64,000 nt of DNA, from the NCBI GenBank assembly GCA_951406725.2, contig OX597818.1:49848001-49912000 (forward strand), given 5' to 3'. This DNA is from Octopus vulgaris (taxonomy: Eukaryota). This document shows positions 12,739 through 21,857 of this stretch, piece by piece. Each line of letters starts with the position of its first letter. Position 1 is the first letter of the stretch. The position numbers were made by a program, and so were the translations under genes. The notes below the pieces were generated by a model. It saw only the letters and a list, made by a program, of their open reading frames with translations. It ran no database searches and was not told the origin of the DNA.

Positions 12739-13514
12739 GAGCTTATTCTTGTAGAAAGTATGTTAACTCTCTGGGAATAACAGAGGAAGTTAATCCAAGA
12801 TGTTTTTAAATCCTGTACTTTGTAGTATAATATATATTTGGTCCATCAATTCAGATTCCTAGTAATTTCCACTTAACCTTTTTTTAAAATCATCATTTAA
12901 TGTCTGTTTTTCATGCTGGCATGGATTAGATGGTTTGACCAGAGCTGGCAAACTGGAGTACAGCACCAGCTTCTAGTCTGATTTGGTTTGGTTTATATGG
13001 CTGGAGCCCTTCCTAACATCAGCCACTTTACAGAATATACTGGATGCTTTTTATGTGGACCAGTATGGGTATGTTTGATAGGTATGTGCATGGGTGTGGT
13101 ACAGAAGCTTGCTTTCCAATCATGTAGTCTTGGATTTAGCGCCTTTACATGGCCCTGGGCAAGTGTCCTGTTACCCCAGGCTGATTAAAGTATGTGTGGC
13201 CACCCTTGTCTTGATAGCATGTGATGATTGTATATGAACATTACCATTGTATAAATGATGTTATTTGTTTCTGGTTTTCCATGAAGAACATGCTTGGTCT
13301 TGAAAAATATTGCCTTGCCTGCAAACAGATGAGGATTGGTGAAAGGAAGAGTATCAAAATGTAGAAAAGCTATCTCAGCAAAATTTTGTCTGATTCATGC
13401 AAGTGTGGAAAAGTGGATGTGAAGCAATGTGATTGTGTTCCATGTCACCAATACAGTTCAATATCAAAAATAATATTTATTTATTTTTTGCTTTTGTTTT
13501 GCAGGTATGTCAAG

Positions 13515-14054
13515 ATGAATTGTGTACTAAGAGCTTCATTGAACTTACATAGAAACTTTTCATCTATATTCAATGGAATCATTCAAAAGACTATTATATC
13601 AGGAAATTCTAACCAAACAATTCTTCGAGCCTTAAGTACCACGTCAACATGCAGCCAGTCTTTTTCTACAAAGAACTTTAATGTTCCTAGTGGACCTTTA
13701 ATTTCGAAATCACCATCCTGTCTTTTGTCCAATAATTCAAGTTTGTTTTCCATTCTGCCAACTTCTGGATTCCCTTGGCAACAAAAACGTACTTACAAAA
13801 TGAAGCTGTATCCAAAACTCAGGTGCAAAGGATGTTATTTTGTTTATAGGCATCGTCGTTTGTATGTTGAGTGTAACTTAAAACCTCGTCACAAACAGAT
13901 GGAATTTAAAACTAAAGGAGAGTTATGGAGGGAAGATTACTCAAAAGGAGGTGTAAAAACAGCAGCATTTTGGAAATGGTCTAAAGAAGCTTGGTATAAG
14001 CGTGGAGATAATAAATATTCTCGCTTTGATTGGTTACAAGGAAAATATGACTGA
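13515..14054 (+). CDS. MRPL36: Mitochondrial large-subunit ribosomal protein bL36m, 179 aa, single coding exon
   Basis: Ser/Arg-rich, acid-free presequence, then YKMKLYPKLRCKGCYFVYRHRRLYVECNLKPRHKQ (L36 CxxC..C..H zinc ribbon). Polypyrimidine acceptor TTTTTGCAG ends at 13504. AATAAA at 14102. Confidence 0.93.
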   Translation: MNCVLRASLNLHRNFSSIFNGIIQKTIISGNSNQTILRALSTTSTCSQSFSTKNFNVPSGPLISKSPSCLLSNNSSLFSILPTSGFPWQQKRTYKMKLYPKLRCKGCYFVYRHRRLYVECNLKPRHKQMEFKTKGELWREDYSKGGVKTAAFWKWSKEAWYKRGDNKYSRFDWLQGKYD

Positions 14055-14101
14055 GGAAAAAATATTTAGAAATTTTACAATTTTCAATTATTTCAGAATT
14101 A

Positions 14102-14107
14102 AATAAA
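14102..14107 (+). terminator. Polyadenylation signal of MRPL36
   Basis: AATAAA 48 nt after the stop, followed by a GT/T-rich tract. Confidence 0.65.
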
Positions 14108-14218
14108 ACTTTGTTTGTATTTTTGTTGTTTCTTTTCAAATTGATTTTTTAATCTATAAATTAATGTATTAAATATTAAATTGAATGATATTTAAAATAC
14201 TAAATATATTATTTAATA

Positions 14219-14686
14219 CTAGCACTATGACCCCTCAAGTGGCCTGAACTCTTTACATGAACACCACCCTGTACAGAACTCCATGTCCCCATACATGGCC
14301 TTGCTTTTTGCTTTTTGAGCCAAAAAATTAACTAACTGACGCTGAGTCATAGTGCTAGTGCATGCATATACCGCTGCGTGTGTGTGCACATATACACGAG
14401 TACTGTCCAAATCTCCGACCAATCACATACAGCTAGCTGGCTTTCAATTGGTGTATCAAGTTTCAGGCATTTTGATTGGGTTTTGGATAGAAAATTCACA
14501 AAAAAGTCACTTCTATTGATCTTTTAATGGCTTGCGGGGTGACTGGGGAAATGTAAAGATGTGCGCAACCACTCTTGGACGGTTTTGAATGACCATAGAA
14601 AGGGCAAGCCCTCTAACTGAAAAATTGTGGATTTGTATAAAGGGCACACTCACAGACAGACATTTTGCTGTTTATATATATAGAGA
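14219..14686 (-). mobile_element. Non-autonomous Helitron (same family as 59649-60020)
   Basis: The minus strand starts TC(TCTATATA) and ends CTAG, between host A and T with no TSD. The body is highly similar to the copy at 59649. Confidence 0.75.
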
Positions 14687-15163
14687 TCATCATCATTTAA
14701 CGTTCGTTTTCCGTGCTAGCACAGATATATATATATAAAATATTTATAATTATGAGTATAATTATAATTAGGGTTCAGCAAAAAAAAATTTGCTTCACCA
14801 CATACCGAAATTTAGAAATAGCAGCCAAGAAAACTAGCTTTATTATTGTATATATGTGTGTGTTTGTGTTTATCCTCTGCCACCACTTATCAACCGGTGT
14901 TTGTTTACATCCCTGTAACTTAGTGGTTCCGCCAAGAGACTGATAAAATAAATATCAGGTTTAAAAGAAAAAAGTACTGGGGTTAATTTGCTTGATTGGA
15001 AATTTTTCAAGGTGCACCATGGCTGCAGACTAATGACTGGAATAAGAAAAAGATAAAATAAAAATCAAGTATTAAAAAAATATTTTTAATAATGAATAAA
15101 GCAAAAGCATTTTGCTTATAGTCAGTATGTATTTGAAAATTACCTTAATAACCTCGCAGCTGT

Positions 15164-15640
15164 GGAGGTGCAATGGCCCAGTGGTTAGGGCAGTAGACTT
15201 GTGGTTGTAGGATCGCGGTTTCGATTCCCAGACCAGGCATTGTGAGTGTTTATTGAGTGAAAACACCTAAAGCTGCATGAAGCTCCGGCAGGGGGGGGGG
15301 TGACCCCTGCTGTACTCTTCCACCACAACTTTCACTCTTTCTTCCTGTTTCTGTTCTACCTGTATTTCAAAGGCCCAGCCTTGTCACGCTGAATCTCCCC
15401 AAGAACTATATTAATGGTATATGTGTCTGTGGAGTGCTCAGCCACTTGCACATTAATAAATGAGCTGCGACGTCACTGGTGCTTTTCCCTTGGATAACAT
15501 CGGTGGCATGGAGAGGGGAGGCTGGTATGCATGGGCAATTGCTGGTCTTCCATAAATAACCTTCCCCAGACTTGTGTCTCGGAGGGTGACTTTCTATGTG
15601 CAATCCCATGGTCATTCAGGTACGAAGTGGGGTCATAGCT
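15164..15640 (+). mobile_element. tRNA-derived SINE family B
   Basis: A-box TGGCCCAGTGG, B-box GGTTTCGATTCCC, conserved body GTGTCTGTGGAGTGCTCAGCCACTTGCAC. Related copies at 26668-27049, 30029-30352, 32285-32580, 34907-35270 and 51375-51562. Confidence 0.8.
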
Positions 15641-16077
15641 GAAAAATATCATTGCATATTACTTAAAACTTTGTGCAGCTTGATATCCCTTTGTACAAGT
15701 GAATTTGGTGAATCACAATCTGAAATAGGACACCTTCATGTTACTACTATTCTTTATAGATATGTGTCATATATTTCCCTGTTTGTTTTATTCATGTTGT
15801 TTAGTCCCAGATTGAGCAGACTTATGATCAAAGGTATTCCATCTATTAGGACCAAGAGTAACTGTGTTTACTTCCCAACCATGTGGTCAGTCCCACTGCG
15901 TGGCGTCTTGGCCAAGTGTTTTCTGCTGTAGCCCAAAGCCTTGTGAGTGGATATAGTGGACAGACACTGAAAGAAGCCCATCATCATCATTTAATGTCCA
16001 TTGTTCACTTTGGCATGGGTTCATGGGTTGGACTGGCACACTGGAAGGTGCATCAGACTCCAGTCTATATATATATA

Positions 16078-16320
16078 TCATCATCATCGTTTAACGTCCG
16101 CTTTCCATGCTAGCATGGGTTGGACAGTTCGACCGGGGATCTGGGAAGCCAGAAGGCTGCACCAGGCTCCAGTCTTATCTGGCAATGTTTCTACAGCTGG
16201 ATGCCCTTCCTAACGCCAACCACTCCGTGAGTGTAGTGGGTGCTTTTTACGTGCCACCTGCACAGGTGCCAGGCGAGGCTAGCAACGGCCACGGTCGGAT
16301 TGGTGTATTTTACGTGCCAT
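16078..16320 (-). mobile_element. 5'-truncated RTE-LINE 3' UTR (family D) with (GAT)n tail
   Basis: Minus strand GGTTGGCGTTAGGAAGGGCATCCAGC...GCGGACGTTAAACGATGATGAT. Many copies: 12890-13060, 23508-23925, 25795-26250, 27070-27213, 34265-34497, 35702-35950, 38065-38288, 38830-39062, 42822-43142, 48915-49255, 52237-52503, 54390-54610. Confidence 0.8.
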
Positions 16321-16329
16321 ATAATCACT

Positions 16330-16900
16330 ACCAGAACTAAAGAAGTTTCAGGTATGGAAGCAAGGTCTAGAATTGAAGGACCTTAGAGTTAACCTAGCAA
16401 AAACCAGTAAGTAGGAAGGCAGACAAATCCCTTCAGGTAGATGGCCTTGCTCGATCTGTAGAAAAGACATAGGTAGAAAATCAACTGTCTCTTCCTAAAG
16501 TCATCAGCTTGTTGACAAGGAAAACATGGGCTGGTAGGGAATTCCAAAAGTTTGATGTTTAGGGAGGAGTGATTGGGTGAAGTTGTTAGTGCAGTGCAAT
16601 GTAGGGTTAGACACAATGTGGGTGATGAGTGAGTCATGTGAATGTAAAGGGAGGGAGCATGAGATCAGCTTGCCCCAAAGAGCAGAGGCCACTGGTAACA
16701 ATAAAAAAGACAAAAGCCAAGAGCATATCTGTGGATCAAAGTTTGGAGTGAGTAGGTGAGTGACTGTGCAAACCAGTCTAAGATGTTTGTGTTCAATGGC
16801 AACAGTAGCAGTGAATCAAATGTGCAGTATTCTGTTGGGGATCTCACTCCAGGCTTGTAGAGAGTTAGCAACTGTCAGGAGCTGGCTTTGAAGAGGAAGG
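16330..16900 (-). mobile_element. Degenerate L2/CR1/Jockey-group LINE 3' fragment
   Basis: Minus-strand LLTLYKPGVRSPTEYC resembles the LxxLYKxxVRPxxEYC motif. A similar decayed piece lies at about 27230-27680. Confidence 0.55.
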
Positions 16901-18142
16901 TCAGTTTTTGAAATGCAATTTTTACTGCTATTATAACTTCAAAATTAAACTATTTTTAGCTAGCTATGATGTTTAATGTACTTTATATGTGAGTTTTGAG
17001 CATAATGGACATTAAACAATTTCTTTTTCGGGATCATTAATAAAAGTGCTTATGCATTCTCATAACATTTTCAATAGCAGACAAAATTGGCTGATTTAAA
17101 ATGTTATCTTAAAAAAGTCTCTCACTTGCGAATAGGATCTACTGAGAAAACAGTTATTCCGAAAAAGAAATTTTAAATACTAGATTAATGTATACTAGCC
17201 AGAAAAAGGGAAAAATTACCTCTTTCCTTCTACGATAATTATCATATTTTAGACTGATTTGAAGTCCTTGCCTGGACAAGTTCGGCATAGAAAGACCCTA
17301 CTTTCTAAAGGTATGATGGAATAGTCAACTCTTTGCTAAAAGCATTGGTGACATAAATAAAATGGCTTCTACCATGATCCAAAATTACATTGTAAGCTAA
17401 TCCTGCTGAGTTATAACATTGTTCTATGGCACTCCTCTGACAAAATAGCTTGAGGTATTCAGTTACAGCTTTTTACATTCTGAATTAAAATCCTGCTGGG
17501 TTCCTTCCTAGGTTGATAAAATAAGTACCAGTCAAGTATTGGGGTGGTCGATATAATCATCTGTTCTCACCATGTTTATGGCTTTCTTTAAACAGAAAAT
17601 CAATATTTATCTAAAATTTGAAATTGAATACAGATAAGTGTTTTGGATGATGCCATGAAATAAAGCAAGTTGAATGGTTTTATTTATTCTTAAGTGTTTA
17701 TATATCCCAATATGATACACAAACACATATTGTATCTAAACAGTAAACACATTATTATTAACAGCATAGATAATTGATTCAGTATAATGTTATGAAGAGG
17801 CAGGAAGATAGAAACAATATGGTAACACAAACGTTCTTTAGTATTGGAAAAAGATGTTCTAAATATATGTGTATTTGTAAGTAGCTCTGTTATTGCTTTT
17901 AAAATTACTTTTCAAAATATGATAATTTTTAAAAGCTAGTAATTGTACTTTTTGATAAATACATTGTAAATTGAAGCTAACGGAGTCTCCAAACATGACA
18001 TTTAGAAAATTGTGACTGTGTTCTATAACTGACAAAGACATCTATTACAAACTTATTTCATCTAGCTATATAAATAGGCACCTCAATGAAACATCAATGC
18101 TATTAGCTGATGATTATTTTGTTAGCTTGTAGTGCTAGACTG

Positions 18143-18565
18143 GGATCTTTTCAGTTTGAACGGCAGTTTTTAACATAATTTCCACGTAACTAAAAAATTT
18201 TAAACTTCGTATTCTGGTAGAATGTGTTTATAAATCATCTTTTTCTCTTGGCTTTATTAAGAAAATTCTGTAGTTTCTAAGATATTTGTTGTTTTTTTCT
18301 TCAATTTCTGCAATTTCAACCAATCACTGACGTCTATTGAGGTAAAAAAACATTCTGTGCCGTATGAATATGTCCCTCGTTTAAGAAACAGATTGGGTTT
18401 ATTTACATTTCTGAAGAAAAAAAGATACCCTTCCTCCCACCCCTAACCTTAACCCTAACCCTAAAACAGATTGAAATGCAATAGATCGATACTAGGGTCA
18501 TAATTATGGGTGACAATTTCATATGATACCGCTAGAAAAAACTGCCATTCAAACTGAAAAGATCC
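18143..18565. mobile_element. Merlin-like MITE, copy 3
   Basis: Same TIRs and body as copies 1 and 2. Flanks CTAGACTG/CTGGACCA. Confidence 0.8.
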
Positions 18566-19313
18566 CTGGACCATTGAGTTTCTGTATTATATGTTAATGA
18601 AGATGTAATGGCTATTTCAGTTATATTATTATCTAAATTACCAAATAAGCAATTAATTGTTGGAATTATAAAATTCAAGACAAATGATCAAAATAATAGC
18701 CTGTGTCTTCTTTTCTTTTGGAAAGTATAATATGAAAGAAATTTGGTTGCTATTTTGGAAGCTTCTTCATGGGCTTGTGTAACAGTTTTTGAAAGTTAAT
18801 ACTCTGCAATGGCACTTTGACACAAAGCTGAAATATTTAATATTACTTATTGTCTTTTAGTAATTACAATAGAATTGTTGATGTAAACTGTATCAAGTAG
18901 TTATCAGGTCAGGTATAAGGGCCATACATCACTGCATCCAGCATTTATTGGTATCTGCTCAGGGCATCTTGAGCAGTGTCCCAGTCAGTTTCCATCTTAA
19001 TGAAACATTTCAGCATTGGTTGTGGCCATGAGGCTGGTAGCTGACCAACACAAGTTGTCAGCCCAGCTGGATCCTCAGAGAAGAGAACACAGTATGCAAG
19101 ATACGACTTGAAAAATTAAGCAGCATGACCAGATAGTCTAAGCTGACACTCCCAAATTATACAAGACACAGGATGCCTCCCAAATAGTTATATTTATGAA
19201 GAAATTTTTAATGAGAGCACAATTTAATTCTTTTGGAATGTTTTAATGCTGAAATATTTGTTTGATAAAACTGGAGAAAATCAATTTTCTTTATAAGTTT
19301 TAATTAAGAATAT

Positions 19314-20687
19314 TCAAAGCTTTTTCAACCTTTTTGTTATTGCAGTTTTCATTTCTTGTACTGAACTAGATTTCATGGTATGAAAACAGCTTTCTCGAAA
19401 TTCTTCATTTGTAGATCTTCGAACAACGTTTGCAATCGATTCACTAACACTTGAAAAACTGTCTTCATTTGTATTTTCCTGATTTGAAGTATCTGTATGA
19501 AAGACAAGATCTGTGAAACTTTCTATTGCTATTCTTACATTTCTTTCATTGGTGTCAAAAACAGACTTCAAGTTGTTATGTAGATGTCCAAGAACATGTA
19601 AGCTCATGGCATGTCTTTTATCAGTATTGTCAAATATTATATAAATAACAACACAAAACTTTTGACATTTCAAAGTATTTCCATTTGTTAGTTGTGTAAC
19701 AAGACATTGTTCTGGCTGTAAAGAACTGTTTCTATTTTCAAAGGAATTATTTAGCAAAGCTTTTAGATTGTATTTCTCCCATGAAATAAAATTTAAAATT
19801 GTATGTGGAAGTTTTAAGGGTTCACCATAGGGACCAAAGGAGAAAAATTCAACTAAATGCTGTTTTTCTCCAGCATCTTCTTCTGCAAGAGGGAAAAGAA
19901 AACCAAGACAAGTCAAAGTAAAGATATTCCGGAAAATATTTTCTTTGGTGGAAATAGTTAAAGATGTTGTAGTACCTATGAAAGTCTTTCCTGAAATATC
20001 ATCTGTCTTACCAGTTTTAGTATTTTGATGTAAACCAATGAGTATTCTTTTATTACACAGTTCAATATAGTTATTAGTAGATAAATCAGGGTTGCATTTG
20101 ATACCTGATACTTTTAATTTATACTTGAATTCATCTGATGGGTTTAAAATTCTTATTTTTTTCAGATAATCAAGAATTTTGCTACATTCACTCAGCATAT
20201 GCGCATGATTTTGGTAGATTCTCAAATACCATGTAGCTTGACTTTGAAGGACTCTGTTGATACTTAGAGAAATTTCACTTAAGTCAGTGGTTTTATTTTG
20301 AGGATTTTTAATAAAAAAATAATTCCTTTGCAAAGCTTGATTGTCATTCAAATGACACTTTTGAATTTGACATAAGTGACTTTCATTTTTAATCAAGGAT
20401 TGCATTCTTTCTACTAAGAATTGCAATGTTTTGATTAATCCTTCCTTAAGATACACAGAAATATCTGAAATACTGCTAATGCAATATAATTTAATTTTAA
20501 ACAATTCTTGTTGGGTGCTATCATTTCCAGTGTTGCATGATTTTATATCAAGGGTAAGTGAAAACTTATCCCTTACAAATTGTTGCTTTTGTTCTAAAAA
20601 TATCATGCGTATTAGTTCTTCTACTGCTACATGAACAGGTAAATCTTCCATTTGGTCAATTCCAACTGCTGCCCATGTCTCAGACAT
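19314..20687 (-). CDS. TOP6BL: TopoVIB-like meiotic protein (SPO11 partner, DUF4554/C11orf80 family), 457 aa, intronless
   Basis: Uninterrupted 457-codon ORF in very AT-rich DNA. The motif order matches the vertebrate TOPOVIBL transducer as I recall it: FSFGPYGEPL (cf. FLYGPSGLPL), ISWEKYNL (TopoVIB WxxY, cf. VDWKKYHL), strand KFCVVIYIIF, and SESIANVVRRSTNEEFRESCFHTM (cf. VNSIMSILTGSTRSSFRKMCLQTL). Confidence 0.82.
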   Translation of the reverse strand: MSETWAAVGIDQMEDLPVHVAVEELIRMIFLEQKQQFVRDKFSLTLDIKSCNTGNDSTQQELFKIKLYCISSISDISVYLKEGLIKTLQFLVERMQSLIKNESHLCQIQKCHLNDNQALQRNYFFIKNPQNKTTDLSEISLSINRVLQSQATWYLRIYQNHAHMLSECSKILDYLKKIRILNPSDEFKYKLKVSGIKCNPDLSTNNYIELCNKRILIGLHQNTKTGKTDDISGKTFIGTTTSLTISTKENIFRNIFTLTCLGFLFPLAEEDAGEKQHLVEFFSFGPYGEPLKLPHTILNFISWEKYNLKALLNNSFENRNSSLQPEQCLVTQLTNGNTLKCQKFCVVIYIIFDNTDKRHAMSLHVLGHLHNNLKSVFDTNERNVRIAIESFTDLVFHTDTSNQENTNEDSFSSVSESIANVVRRSTNEEFRESCFHTMKSSSVQEMKTAITKRLKKL

Positions 20688-21292
20688 ATTTTCTCAGGCA
20701 AATTCTTAGAAATAAATCGTCTGCTACGACAAACGCTGCCTCTCTGACCCACACGAGTTACTTCCCTTGGTCGCTTCTATTATAAACCTATTGTTTCCCT
20801 CTGTTTTATTTGCTGCTACATTGAAGCTTAGCCTCTAGCGCTTTTTCTCACTAAAATATGTTCAAATCGCAATATTTCGATGAATTAAACAGCACAGTTT
20901 CTTAAAATTTATATTACATTAATCTCCAAGGTTAGTATAGTTATGATATTTCATCTTGTTTTTTGCAATGACTATTATTATTCATGAAAATACAATGACT
21001 TGCACGTCGGTTCACAGATATTACATATGGCGTAGAGGATATCCTTGTCCGCCCGAAAATCCTCATGTTTTTCGTTTTGTTTCAATTTTTGTATTTATCT
21101 CTTTAAACTACCTCTTAATTCTTACCAGATATTTTCAATATATCGTTTAAAGATTTCACTTATAGCATTATTCTAACAATATCTTATTCTGAGAAGCCAA
21201 TATATATATATATTATTGAAGGTGTGCTTGAATGTAACATTAATTTATTCAAAATATTCATGAAAATTATTTAAAATTATTTAAATTCAATT

Positions 21293-21857
21293 TAAATAAT
21301 TAATTGCATATATATAAAAAATTTACCAAATTTTTAACAGATTTTCCTGAAATACTCAGACATGAGTTAAGAATAATTTGTGCATCAATTTTCTTAATGT
21401 AGCAAAAACATTCTTTTATATCAAGAACATCTAAATTTCTATCTACTAAGCACATGTCAATCCATTCTAAAGAAAACCATGCTTGTATAAAATTGCTCAG
21501 CAATCCATAGAGATCTTTAATTTGTTCCACTGGCCACAACATGATGTGTAAATCACAGAAGAATCTGAATTCTAAATAATTAATTGCATATGTATGAGAA
21601 ATTTACCAAGTTTTTAACAAATATTCCTGAAATGCTCATAAATGAGTGAAGAATAATTTGTACATCAATTTTCTTAATACAGCAAAAACATTCTTTTATC
21701 TCAAGAACACCTAAATTTCTATTTACTAAGCACATGTCAATCCATTCTAAAGAAAACCATGCTTGTATAAAATTGCTCAGCAAATCTATAGAGATCTTTA
21801 ATTTGTTCCACTGGCCACAACATGATGTGTAAATCACAGAAGAATCTGAATTCTAAA
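21293..21857. repeat. Direct tandem duplication, two units of about 280 bp
   Basis: Units begin TAAATAATTAATTGCATAT at 21293 and 21573 and end GAAGAATCTGAATTC. They differ by scattered substitutions and a 1-bp indel. Confidence 0.9.

Noticed and set aside
13386-13514. N-terminal 43 codons of the 222-aa ORF
   Set aside because: The track starts at TTG and runs through a polypyrimidine tract and acceptor, so this part is intron or UTR. The CDS is taken from ATG 13515.
15164-15240. tRNA-like sequences with A and B boxes (also at 12340 and 32285)
   Set aside because: They are SINE heads continuous with repeat bodies, and I could not fold a convincing cloverleaf.
16107-16340. Recurrent short ORFs (MLAWVG..LQLDALPNANHS, MRNWY..RPRRNLNSE, LSVSVYQIHSQGFG)
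   Set aside because: These are chance translations of RTE UTR and SINE copies, not a peptide family.
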